From Eledone cirrhosa (taxonomy: Eukaryota), in assembly GCA_964016885.1 (NCBI GenBank), contig OZ024741.1, forward strand, positions 169,694,001 through 169,758,000: a DNA stretch of 64,000 nt, in the 5' to 3' direction. Made by a program: the position numbers and the translations under genes. Below the pieces are notes generated by a model that was not told the DNA's origin, did not search any database, and saw nothing but the letters and a program-made list of their open reading frames with translations. The first letter of the stretch is position 1; each line of letters starts with the position of its first letter. Positions 29,816 to 43,296 of the stretch are shown here, one piece after another.

Positions 29816-30318
29816 TATAGATATAGATATATATATAGAAAGGAGGGGAGGAGGAAGATACAGAAAGAAAGAGTGAGGGAAGAATAGAGGGGGAGAAAGA
29901 GATAGAGAGAGGGAAAAGAGTAAAGGAGAGAAACGCGAGAGATATAGAGGTGAGAAGACAAAATTTATGGAGGTATTTTATTGTGTATTTAAAAATTTTT
30001 AAAAACATATTTTTTACTGTTTTTGTATTCTTATATCTTGATTATTTTTTTGATGTCGTTGTAGTTATAATGGTCGCTTTAGTTGTTGATGTCGTTGTAG
30101 TTATAGTGGTCGCTGTAGTTGTTGTTGTCGTTGTAGTTATAATGGTCGCTGTAGTTGTTGTTGTCGTTGTAGTTATAATGGTCGCTGTAGTTGTTGTTGT
30201 TGATGGGAAATTAATGGAATTTACAAACCATATAGTAATTGAATTGTTTAGAGAATGAGTATGTGTTCACCTCTGAAGGATGGCAACTTTGAAATCATAA
30301 CATTGTGTGTGTATTGCA

Positions 30319-31978
30319 TGGTTGTCACTTCTCTGTTTTTAGCCTAAGAAAATATATATATGCGTGTGTAAATAATTACATGCATATATTTATTTTTTTT
30401 TTATTGAGTTCTTAACACGTGGAATTGATAATAGTTTTAAATAACTAATTAACCCGCGTGTATTAAATATTTTACTCTTAATTTGGCCAGAGATTTACAT
30501 TCCCAATCGCCTTTAAAGCGTAACCTTCCATATTTGCTGCGGTGATGTGATGCGGTTTGTTTTGGTATCACTTCTGTTTTTAGCCTAAGAAAATATCTAT
30601 ATGCGTGTGTAATTAATACACGCATACATTTATTTTTTTAATTTCAATTGAGTTCTTAACACGTTGGATTGATAATGTTTTTGAAAAAACTAATTAACCC
30701 GAGTGTATATTATTTTTTTCTTTTCTCGTGTATCGTGGTTGTCTCCCTTTCCCGCTTCGTGACGCTATGAAACTTCCTCAGTCAAAAGACTGCTGGAATT
30801 TCAAATTTGGCGGTCATTCGATGCGTGAGGGAGTAGCTTAGCAGACACGATTTTTAACTGCGGTAAGAATTTTTTCTTATATCAAAGTTTAATGGGCTTC
30901 CACTGAAGATTTATAAGTGCCCACCTAAATATATTCTTACATGAATATATGTTAGGCTTCTACATAAACTGGAAATATTATCCCAATTTGTAGAAAACTT
31001 ATAATGAAACAATTGTTTGGAAAGAGAGATATATTTTAACTTTAATTATATCTCATAAAATAATACAACTGGCTTTCCACAAAATACATATAGTTAGCAC
31101 CCCAAACACATAAATTGGGTTATACTAACATATAACCTAATGTTTGTTGAGTGAGATGGTTACCAGTCGGAGTTTAGCGTTAAGCTATCTCTGTTATTGT
31201 ATTAAATATGTTACTCTTGATTTGGCCAGAGGTATTTATTTCCAGGTACCTTATAAATATGACTTTCCGTATTTGTTACTGTTGTGAGATCATGAGGTTT
31301 TTTGGTTGTCACTTCTCTGTTTTTAGCCTAAGAAAATATATATATGCGTGTGTAAATAATTACATGCATACATTTATTTTTTTTAATTAATTGAGTTCTT
31401 AACACGTGGAATTGATAATAGTTTTAAATAACTAATTAACCCGCGTGTATTAAATATTTTACTCTTAATTTGGCCAGAGATTTACATTCCCAATCGCATT
31501 TAAAGCGTAACCTTCCGTATTTGCTGCGGTGATGTGATGCGGTTTGTTTTGGTATCACTTCTGTTTTTAGCCTAAGAAAATATCTATATGCGTGTGTAAT
31601 TAATACACGCATACATTTATTTTTTTAATTTCAATTGAGTTCTTAACACGTTGGATTGATAATGTTTTTGAAAAAACTAATTAACCCGAGTGTATATTAT
31701 TTTTTTCTTTTCTCGTGTATCGTGGTTGTAGGCTTCTACATAAACTGGAAATATTATCCCAATTTGTAGAAAACTTATAATGAAACAATTGTTTGGAAAG
31801 AGAGATATATTTTAACTTTAATTATATCTCATAAAATAATACAACTGGCTTTCCACAAAATACATATAGTTAGCACCCCAAACACATAAATTGGGTTATA
31901 CTAACATATAACCTAATGTTTGTTGAGTGAGATGGTTACCAGTCGGAGTTTAGCGTTAAGCTATCTCTGTTATTGTAT

Positions 31979-31983
<5 letters not shown>
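30319..31983. repeat. Complex tandem duplication (about 1 kb) with an older ~245-bp subrepeat
   Basis: 30319-30742 recurs at 31305-31728, and 30955-31207 recurs at 31730-31983. TCACTTCT..TTTTAGCCTAAGAAAAT occurs four times. Confidence 0.85.
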
Positions 31984-32033
<50 letters not shown>

Positions 32034-32077
32034 ATGTGTATATATATGCATATATATATATAAATATGTATATATGT

Positions 32078-32128
<51 letters not shown>

Positions 32129-32166
32129 TGTATATATATTTATATGTGTTTATATATATACATGCA

Positions 32167-32252
<86 letters not shown>

Positions 32253-32435
32253 TATATGTATATATATATATATATATACACATATATATAAACATATATA
32301 TATATATATATGCATATATATATATATGTATGTATATATATATATATGCATATATATATATATGTATGTATATATATATATATGTATATGTATATATATA
32401 TACATATGTATATGTAGATATGTATATATATATAC

Positions 32436-32468
<33 letters not shown>

Positions 32469-32496
32469 TACACACATATATATATATATATACATA

Positions 32497-32530
<34 letters not shown>

Positions 32531-33099
32531 TTATTTATATATACTATACAAACATATGCGCACGTGCACAATATACACGTGTACAGTTTAGTCTGTGTAT
32601 GTATGTGTTCTGAAACAAATGACGATTTGGCGCGTGTTTGCTTACACTATTCCCACAAATATAAGAAGTATTTACACAAGCAAGCTATGTGTATGTTTAT
32701 TAAAAATACGCATGTAATTTCAAAATGTGGGAATCCGAAACGCAGAAAAATACTGTTGCTCAGCAACTGTTGATCGCTATAAATCATAGCTTAGGAAATC
32801 GGGCAAAGTACCCATAGAGATCAAATCACCCAGCGCTTCGATAACCATAAAATACGTATGTAAATCTATTTCACAGTTTATCCACAGTTATGTTGTCTCG
32901 GTAATTTATTTATTTGAGAAGCGTCACCAATGAATATATTATTATGCAAATGAGCAAAAGCAGTGTCGGTTATTCATCGCATTTTGCATAAGTAGTTGTA
33001 AGGTACTGTTTTACTCTGTAGAACAAACGGAGTACACACTTCTGATATGTTGGTAATCATTAGATGAAACTGGTTGAGTTGTTGTTCAGTTTTGCAGAA

Positions 33100-33494
33100 A
33101 GACTGATCTGCCTCCCTTTAAAAACCCGACGGGGAGTACCATGATAAAAAGTGAGAAAATGTGGCAAAATGGGGAGATTTTCAATTATGAAAGCTATACC
33201 CATTTTCACAAGAGAAGACATATATCACCCACCCCAATGTGGGTGGCAGATGTCCCCGTCGGATGGAGAAAGTTGACATGTCTGGTGTTTGTTTGTATCA
33301 GACCTGCCAACCTCTAAAAACCTAAACGAGGAGTACCATGAAAAAAACTGCTCCAAAACGGACAGAAATGAGGCAAAAATGGGAAGATTTTACATAATGA
33401 AAGCTATACCCATTTTCACAAGAGAAGGCAACTCTCACTAACCCCAAAATTGGTAGGACATCTCCCCGTCTGACGGGGAGAGTTGACAGGTGTG
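33100..33494. mobile_element. Two tandem ~190-bp MITEs (hAT-like TIRs)
   Basis: The second copy runs CAGACCTGCCAACCTC...GAGAGTTGACAGGTGTG. The first copy ends GTTGACATGTCTG. Both share ATGAAAGCTATACCCATTTTCACAAGAGAAG. Confidence 0.65.
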
Positions 33495-34028
33495 GAGAGA
33501 GAGAGCATCGGGCATTGACCATGGAGTTCTATTTAAGCAGCGAGTTTAAATGTTTTATGTATTAAATTTACACATGTAAGGTTATTTACAGTTTATCTAC
33601 AGTACTTTACATACACACACGCGTACACATACACATATACACACGCACACACATACGCACATATGGTAAGGCAAATTAAAAACACAATAAATTTACATGT
33701 CTTAAAATATTAGAACACGCAAAAATAAAACTAAAACATCATTTTTTTAAAAATGTGATAATATAATTATGAAATTTAATGGTATTGTGAAAATATTTAA
33801 TTTAAGTAAAATGACTATGAGAATAAAATGTATAGAAAACAACAACAATAAAAGTTTCTTCAGAATCTTTTAAATGAAAATTTCTACTGATTCATATTTT
33901 GATGGTAGTTCTTTAGACATGATGATTATGAATCAACATAAAAACCAGTGTCTGTTTTAATTAAATTTATATTTTCTTAAGTGTCCTTCATTTGTCACCA
34001 GTTCGTTTATGATCTATACCATCTATGA

Positions 34029-35592
34029 CAAAGTGGACGCTACCAACCTAGGGGGCGTTGAGAAATTCTAGGGGTGTTGTGGGGATGGTAGTGATGATGT
34101 TATAGTATATTAAATATCAAATGATGCATATTATATATAAATATAGTAAAATAAAAAATATATAATATTTATTTATACATAGTATATATTATATTATTTA
34201 TTATACACTAGCTGAATTACCCGGCGTTTCCCGGGTTACTGCTGTTCTTATTCAGATTAGTAAACAATAAATATGAAGATATGTTTTTTTTCTCATAACC
34301 ATTTCAAAATATCTATATCTTATAAAAAAATTTCAAAATTGCAATGATAATACAATTTATAAATCAAAATCTGTCAATCTTGAAGCACCTTGGGGTAAAC
34401 AATATTCATTGTGTAATTAATGTATGTGTAGATGTGTGTGTATTTAATAACGTGCCTAATGAACGCACAAACTCACACACACTCACAGACACATACATAT
34501 TCATATACAAAATATGACGTCCTATTGTTTTAATCTAAATGAAAATAAAAATTATCACACATACACTCACACACACATACCCACTCACACACACATACAC
34601 TCACACACACATACACTCTTACATATGCTCACACACATATTCACTCACACACACATACACTCACACACACATACACTCACACACACATACACTCTCACAT
34701 ATGCTCACACACACTCTCACATACACTCACATACATATACTAAGACAGACACACACATACATTCACGCACATCCGTCTATCATCACATATGTATCTATAT
34801 GTGTAGATGTGTGTGCGTCATGGTGGTGGTGGTGATGGTTTACTATAGTTGACTAAAGAAAATATCGTTATGTCAGTCAACACACATACACTCAAACACA
34901 TACACTCTCGCATACACTCACACACACACACGCATAACTCTCACATACACTCACACTAACACATACACTCTAACATACATTCACATACATATACTAAGAC
35001 AGACATATACACATACAAAATGTGACGTCTACACTCTAACATACATTCACATACATATACTAAGACAGACACATACACATACAACATGTGACGTCTACAC
35101 TCTCACATACACTCACACACATTATGAGTATGTATGTGTAGATGTGTGTGTGTTTGATTCTCTGAGACCTAACATACATAACAAACACACACATACACAC
35201 TCACAGACACATACACACTCATATACAAAATGTGAGTCATCGTCGTGGAGGTGGTGGTTTACTATAGTTGACTATAAAAATATTATTTTAGATAAAATCT
35301 TATATTGTTTTAATCCAAAATAAAATAAAAATTACATGTTGACACTCTCGGGGTTTGATACTACCACCTTGTAAAATTTGATTTGATTTAGTCCAGCCGT
35401 TTGAGAATGCATAGGAACAGACAGACAGAGAGGCAAAGAATGTTATATATAGAGATAAACTAATGATTTTATTTATTATATATTATTTACAATTTGCGTG
35501 TAAGCAGGTCACTCTGTCAATAGGGGTGGTGGACGCTGAGGGTATTACGTGGTCGCAAGGGTGGGGTGGCCCAAAACGTTTGAGAACCTCTG
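34029..35592. mobile_element. Non-autonomous hAT (Charlie-like) element hosting a Helitron
   Basis: The right TIR is TTTGAGAACCTCTG. The 8-bp TSD ATCTATGA lies at 34021-34028 and 35593-35600. The left TIR lacks its first 10 nt. Same family as 49597-53452. Confidence 0.7.
34208..35455 (-). mobile_element. Non-autonomous Helitron (family 2)
   Basis: Minus strand starts TC..TATATAAC..(TCTG)n and ends with a CCCGGGAAACGCCGGG hairpin followed by CTAG. Inserted between A and T with no TSD. Confidence 0.85.
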
Positions 35593-35999
35593 ATCTATGA
35601 TATAAGGCGATCCAATAGTGACCTTTTAATCTTTATGTCAGACATAATTAAATTTATATTGTCTAAATGTTTTTCAGATCGAAATTCACATTTTTTAATA
35701 AGCGCAGTTCTTTATTGTTACTTATTTTGTTAAGAAACTGGATTGGTAGAATAGTTAGACCGCATTAGAGTATTGGTCCGGTCTTTCTGAATGTCTGTCA
35801 TTGCGAAATTTACATTAATTTAAAAATTATTTAAATAGATGCAGTTGTTGAAGTGTTGCCATGCTGGTGCATTGTTTTCACACAGAGTGATAGCTTGGCA
35901 AAGGCAATAATGGTCTCGATGATGATGATGATGATGATAGATATTTATAGATCTTGATTGTCATTCTAATACTGAAGACGACATATATGTGTATATATA

Positions 36000-37330
36000 T
36001 ATCAGCTTCTACTACAACGTAATATAATATCTGTATACAACAACTACAACAGTACGTGATGGGGCCCACCCACAGCCCTGGCGGACAGAATGGAGAAGGC
36101 CTTTCCCCGAAGGACGGCAAGGAAGACGCGCTGGAAAATCCACTCCAACTCGCGGGGCTCACACCTGCGGCTGGCCAGCTCAGCGCCTATGGTGGTGAGT
36201 AAGGAGGTAGCCCTGGGGCCGAGGACACCAGAAGTCTCCACTGCCAGGGGTACGACCACAAACCTGTCGGAGAGCGACCGGTATTTGAGGAGTTTGGCCC
36301 CCTCAGCCCGACGTGCAGCAGAACCTGGGTCAGTCGCAGACTGCACCAGGTTGCGGCTGCAGAAAGTGTCGGTGCAAGTGGCATCCCAGACGAGGGGAAC
36401 GGGAAGATGGTCATGCCATCTGGCCTTTTGCCGTCCCCTCCATCTAGCCCCACCGGTTCGAGCTGGCAAGGGAAGCCTGCAGCGTCCAAGCCATGCTTGA
36501 TGACCTCGTTGAGGGCAGCATGGCGTGGAATGCGGCCGGCACTGTGGCGACAGGAAAGCGGGTGGAGGCCGAAAGAGTCCACGGTGGAACTGCAGCGACA
36601 TTGGTGTGGCTGGCAGATCCGGAGGCCAAGCCTCAAGGAAACGCCGATTCGCAGGCTATGGTTGTCTAGATGCGTGCCAGTGGAGAAGGAGGGCAGGGCA
36701 TGGAGCCAGGCACCAATGTGGGGTTTGGAGGCCGCACGAAAACAAGCAAGGCGGTGCTGGTCGAGCTGGCGCGTGAGCCTGTCTGAGGCCAGGCTGCACT
36801 GGATGGCATCCCAAGTGCGTTGGGGGGACTTGACGTCAACAGGGGCAGAAGGAGGAGGGACGTCTACCGGGCTAAGTCACACCGGTTCCACGTCTCACAG
36901 GCGGCCTCACGTTCTCTGAACACAGAGGGTTCTGTTGTGTTTTGAAGAACCCTGCTGACGAGGACGTGGCACGAGGTTACCGACGAAAGATACGTCAGCA
37001 AAGCTAGTGAGATCGGGGACTGGAGGCCAAGGCCACCATACCTGACAGGTAAAGTGGCCTGTTGCCACCCTATGTCGTCAAACTTGACGTTGGTTGCATA
37101 TCCCCTCGGCTGCTGCTCGGATACAAGTATCGAGGTCAGCGAGGAGATATGTATGGGTGTAGCACGGAGCGCTGCGGAGTGTATAGAGGAGCTTCGGCAT
37201 GGCGAAGCAGTTCCTCAGCAGAAAGAGAGCTGGGTGGCCGCCAATCAAGCCCAGTCGGCTCATGGGAGTCTGGAGTTGTTGAAGCCTGGACCTGATGGTG
37301 GAGCGGATGGCCGGTGGGTCAATATCCTTT
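36000..37330 (-). mobile_element. 5'-truncated, frameshifted CRE-clade non-LTR retrotransposon (RT thumb, zinc knuckle, restriction-like endonuclease)
   Basis: Motifs include FAMPKLLYTLRSAPC, QATLPVRYGGLGL, GAWL.ALP, RLGL..C..H.C.C...D..G.H.LSC...RH, EP......KRPDG, WDATC.DT, K..KY, PLAVETSG..G and QR...AV.RG. Confidence 0.85.
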
Positions 37331-37412
37331 GATTCAACTCAGTTACTGGATTGCGAAAGAGAGTGAGAGAATGTAAAGGCGATATACAGAGCCAGAAGGA
37401 TAGGAAGAACGA

Positions 37413-37465
<53 letters not shown>

Positions 37466-37789
37466 CGATGATAGAAAACAAAAAGCGAAAAAGAATGAGA
37501 GATGACATGACAAAGAAACAGAAAAAGGTTAGAGGGAATGAAAAAAAGATAGATAGAAGTAGGCAGAAAGAGATAGAGAGAGAGAGAAAAAAGCGAGAGA
37601 GGTGTGAGGAGAGAATAATGAAGAGGGAAAGACAGTAAGGATCAAAAGGAGAGAAAGAAAGCGAAGACAACAAATAGAAAGATAGATATACAAAACAGAG
37701 AAAGTATTGGGTCGTCAACTATGAAATTTGTAGAAATTTGTAGAAAAATAAAACAAATTTCTACAAATTTCATACTTGATGACCTAATA

Positions 37790-38020
37790 AAACAGACAGA
37801 AAGATTCACTAAAGATTCCTGTTTAGTTCATACACACACACATACGTCCACAGATAAACACAAAGACACCCAATCATTGTCTTCACCTCTCTCTCTCTGC
37901 CCTCCCCACCACCACGTATAAGACCTTCAAGCCAGCACTATAGTTCTCCACAGCATAGGAGATAATCAACAGAGTGTCACCAGAGAATCCTTACATATCA
38001 AATCACTTGAAACACAGAAA
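37790..38020 (+). pseudogene. Possible degraded GIY-YIG endonuclease C-terminus of a Penelope-like element
   Basis: PPHHHV*DLQASTIVLH...VTRESLHIKSLET resembles the H..DL....RE..WI..L.T pattern. Weak match. Confidence 0.3.
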
Positions 38021-38200
38021 TCAAAAATGGACAAATCTCCAACTACAACAACATAAGGCCATCTCTTCACAAATAATCCTACACACATAAGCACACACGT
38101 TCATATAATATATATATATAAATATAAATATATATATATATACGTATACACATATAAGCACACACGTTCATATATATATATATATTTATATATATGTATA

Positions 38201-38282
<82 letters not shown>

Positions 38283-38302
38283 TATATATGCATGTATATA
38301 AT

Positions 38303-38337
<35 letters not shown>

Positions 38338-38730
38338 CACACACACATAGACATAGATATACACTCATAAACATACTCATATATGATGTATAATATAATA
38401 TAATATAATACAGTATAATATAATATATATATATATGTATTATAAAGAGTCTCTCTCTCTCTATATATATATAGTAGTAGTAGTAGTAGTAGTAGTAGTG
38501 AAAAATGCAAACACCTAACTCCAGAGGCTTCAATAAGAGTTTTATATATAAATATATATAAACCCGTAAAGTAAATATTTATTGTTAGCACAGAATTTAA
38601 GAATACAAGCAAATAATTTCTGTTTCATTCATATACGGGATCTTACTTTCCGAAAGTTTCGAAAGATCAAAATAATTGTTGGCTTAATTTTATTCTGTGT
38701 TAATATACATACATACATACACTTCCTTCG

Positions 38731-38776
<46 letters not shown>

Positions 38777-38778
<2 letters not shown>

Positions 38779-38974
38779 CGAAGGAAGTGTGGTAAGGAAC
38801 CAGATGGACCATAACGCACCAGAGTACTCAATACTTAGAGTAGTAGAGTGGGTAATAGGAAAAAGTTTAACCCCAACGGCAGAGCTCAAGCCATTTCGAC
38901 GGCTATTCCTGGATTCAGTCCAGAAATAGCCGTCGAAACGGCTTGAGCTCTGCCGTCGGGATTAAACTTTTTCC

Positions 38975-38977
<3 letters not shown>
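38777..38977. mobile_element. PLE-derived fold-back element, family A copy 3
   Basis: Same leader as the other copies. Arms of about 59 bp at 38855-38913 and 38919-38977, with a 5-nt loop and (TA)n flanks. Confidence 0.8.
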
Positions 38978-39005
<28 letters not shown>

Positions 39006-40636
39006 ATAGGTATACACACACAGATATATAGATACACACACACACACATATATATATATATACACACACTCTCTCTTTCACACACACGTACACACAAATA
39101 CACACACTCATTCTCACATAGATTTTGAAGTTAAAACTATAGCAGTTTTTTTTTACTGAACACATACTGGCAACAGTTTTAGACAGGATAATATATTTCT
39201 TGCGTCCCATAACCAAACCCTACACTATTACCATTACCATTGGACATAATATCTAATACTTATCTTAGAAAGGATGAGATAAATATATATGATTGTTGTG
39301 ATATACAAAATTAAACTGAAACTAAAAAAATAAAACGCAATGATAGCTAAATCTTCAAATCTTGTCTGACTATATATAAGGAAGAAAAACAACCTGAAAA
39401 GAAATTAGGAAAATAGACAGTGTAGTTACTATATTTACGCAACTTCGGGTAAATATTGTAATGCTTCTATAGAGACAACTATTTACATTAAAACTAGATT
39501 TAGGAGTTCAAGATGCATTTGAAAAGATATGTTTGGAATGCTGTTAATCATAGGCCTGTTCAAACAGAGCTGACTTAAGGATAAAAAACAACAACAAAAA
39601 TAATAAACCGTTAGAAAGTACAAGCGACTTAATATATGTTTAAAATGAGAACCTTATATATTGTCGCAAATGTTTGTTTCAAATTTGTAGTTGCGACTTC
39701 CTTTTCAAGAACGAGCTCTATCAAATCGTTAGCTTTCTTCTCCAGAAATTTGGTTGTTATGAACTTATTGAAATTATATCATAATTGCACCGAAATTTGG
39801 CGAAATAAAAACTTTACATAAAGCTGCGTTGGAGAATCATGGTACTTCCCGCACAGGAAAAAAAATGTACAAATTAAAAACCAATAGAACAAGTTATATA
39901 AATACAGGGTGGGCCAAAAGTCACTTCTTACCTATTTTTATTAATAAAACAAATTAACAAATTAACTCAAAACTAATTTATTTTTATCTTTCAATTAAAT
40001 TTCAATAACTGGATCTTGTTTTTATTCAACTTTAATCTGAAAGAAAAAAAATATAATATTTTAATAATAAAAAAAAATTAATAGGATATCATGGCCCAAT
40101 ATGTATAAAAGAAGTTATGTACATAAAGTAAGTTATATAATCAGCAACTTTCTACATAATTTCAAGGTTATTACCCATCTATGCTAAATGATGCTTTTGC
40201 TAAAAAATATACAATGACACCCGTTTCAAAGACTACTTTTGTAAGTATATAACATTGAGCACCCTTGTTTATAAGTGGAAAATATCATGTCCTGTTGTGA
40301 ATGTCTGCCGGCTAACAAATGTTAATGTTTCATAAAAAATAAGTGAAAAATAGAACATTTATGGAGAACTTCTTCGAAATATACAACTTGTAACTTGAGA
40401 TTATAAATTTACATTAATCTCTGTAATCATTGTTGCACTTAGGCTTATTGAATTTTAATTTAAAGCGGGTGTTGTAGTTTGCTTGAAGCATTGACAAAAG
40501 TGTCACAAAATATCATTTTATTAAAATACAAATAGGACATTAATTGCTAAAAATATAATGATAACAAACATTTTGGAATGTTTCCTTTGCAGTTGTTTAA
40601 TGGCTCTTACATTTCGGGATGGAATTTAATTTAAAG

Positions 40637-40952
40637 CAGGGGTGTGCAACATATTCCATTAGCGGGTCACTTTTGAACATTGGAACAACTATTAGGGCCA
40701 TTTATATTTATTAAGTACTATTCTAAAGATTCGCCACACATTCTTTCCATAACATGGAAGTCGGAAATTATAACACACATAACCCTATCAGTGAAGCCCC
40801 TTAGTCAACTAACAGAAAATTGTATTACGGTTACGAAAAAAATTCTAAATAAGCCTAGAAGGTAAAAATAAAAAAAAACGGTCATCGCGGGTCACTCTGA
40901 CTGGTCTGGTGGACCGGATTATGGCCCACGGTCCGCCTGTTGCACGCCTCTT
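40637..40952. mobile_element. hAT (Charlie-like) MITE
   Basis: TIRs CAGGGGTGTGCAAC and GTTGCACGCCTCTT, with a perfect 8-bp TSD ATTTAAAG. Confidence 0.9.
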
Positions 40953-41039
40953 ATTTAAAGCCTTTCTTGAGTTTATAGACTAGATTATCAGGTTGGAACC
41001 TATTCTGGTTTTATGAGGCTGTTTGCTACTAAAAGTAGT

Positions 41040-41190
41040 TCTCTCCATCGGACGTGACGCCATTCCGGCGTAAGGTTTATGTACCGGTTGGAACAGAACA
41101 ACGTGAAATGCAGTGTTTTGCTGAAGAACATAATGCAACATCTAACCCGAAGGTCGAACCCTTGACCATACAACAACTTGGTTATGTTAC
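41040..41190 (-). mobile_element. Degraded CORE-like SINE
   Basis: AGTGTTTTGCTGAAGAACATAA is a reverse CORE-like motif, followed by the reverse B-box GGTCGAACC. Related to 49780-49935. Confidence 0.5.
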
Positions 41191-41260
41191 TATGTACACC
41201 TGCTAAAACAACAACAAAATAGCTAACAGAAGCTGGTCACATTTTCTCGTTCTCTGTCTG

Positions 41261-41442
<182 letters not shown>

Positions 41443-41473
41443 ATATATATTTATATTTTTCTATATATATATT

Positions 41474-41770
<297 letters not shown>

Positions 41771-41914
41771 GTTTCTAGAAAAAAAAATCTTTTGTTTTAA
41801 TGTATATCTCCGGTGTCATTCAAAAAGCGAAAACGTCTTGATGACACCAGGAAGAACGTGTTAGGAAAAACTAATAAAAAAAAATGTCATAGCGGCAAAC
41901 GAGCTTCGAAGCGT

Positions 41915-43118
41915 AGGAGCCCGTCTCTTGAGCAAGTCTATCTGCATGAAACAGATAAGATCATGAGAGTTGGGAAGGAACTCCTCGAAAGATATTCCCT
42001 GTATGATAATCAAAAACTCACACCCAGGGAAGTCGCTCAGCAGTATCGCAGTGAATCCATGGATGAAAAACTGCATGTTTATCAGCAAAAAATCATTCAA
42101 GGATATGTTGCCAGGAAGCTCCAGAGTGAGAGTAATATAGATAAAGAAAGTAGTCTATCTTGGACCAACAACCGCTATATAGGCTCCCACTTTGAAAGAT
42201 ACGCTTTGTAATCCAAGAACAGGAAATCAACACGAAATATATGATTCACAAAAGAGATAGGGATGCAGGCAAAACACCTAGATGTAATAACAAGTGTAGT
42301 CTCTGCAGAATTAACATCGAAGATGTCACCCATGTCATCAGCATCTGTCCAAAGATGTCATCGCGGTACTATCTACCTATGAGGCATGATGTACTGGCCA
42401 AAACACTGTACAATGCAATCCGTAGTAAAGATAACCCCGATAATAAACACATTAAAAGCTACAACAATGTGGAAGACATACATATACATAATGTGAAAGA
42501 GCACTGGTAGAATGTTCCAGTAAGAACCCCAATAAAATGCAGGCATAACAGACCAGATATGATATGGGACAGGGAAAAGAAGGTATGCACAGTAGTGGAA
42601 GTTAACTGCCTAGCAGATGCCAATATAATATCAAAGATTAGCGAAAAGGAGAATATTTATGCAGAACTGATGAGAAATCTGCAGATACTCCACCCTGATT
42701 ATGCCTTCAGATTTATGCCTGTGATTATTGGGGCACTGGGATATGTTAGTAACTGCCTCAATACAAATCTTGAGAATCTGGGCTTCACGGGAACAGAAAG
42801 GACACAACTAGTTAGGAAATTACAAGTACAATCCATTAATGGAACAGTAAAAAATATGTAAAACATTCCAAATATTTTGCATATAATAACTGCATATACA
42901 CATATACAGATACAAAGCATATACACATGCACATATATAACTCAAAACATCCACACATACAATAATATCCATACCTACACATGCATGCATGCAGGCAGGC
43001 ATGCATACATATCTACCTAGTTGATGTGTAAATTACAATGAGAGAGTCTTGTAACTATGCTAGAAACCGACTCTCTCTCTATTGGTAAAACTTTGTGAAA
43101 TTATAAAACCAGAAGAAC
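41915..43118 (+). mobile_element. 5'-truncated R4/Dong-like RLE non-LTR retrotransposon pseudogene
   Basis: Motifs IQEQEINTKY, CSLC....EDVTHVISICP, RHD, HNRPD.IWD...VVEV, EK...Y and PVIIGALG, with stops and frameshifts. The 3' UTR hairpin GAGAGAGTC/GACTCTCTC is followed by an end at (ATAC)n. Confidence 0.85.
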
Positions 43119-43123
43119 ATACA

Positions 43124-43154
<31 letters not shown>

Positions 43155-43296
43155 TTTTTTTTTTAGTATATGTTGGTTGTTTACCTCAGTATGCAGATTG
43201 GAGCACTCGACGAAGTACGCAGGTTGGTTTATTTACTCTGGAGTAATGTTAAATAAGTAAGTCAAATATGTAAAATTTGGCTTCATTTATTATAGA

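Noticed and set aside
39903-40270. Tc1-like terminus TACAGGGTGGGCCAAAAGTC
   Set aside because: There is only a weak partner end near 40260 and no transposase trace.
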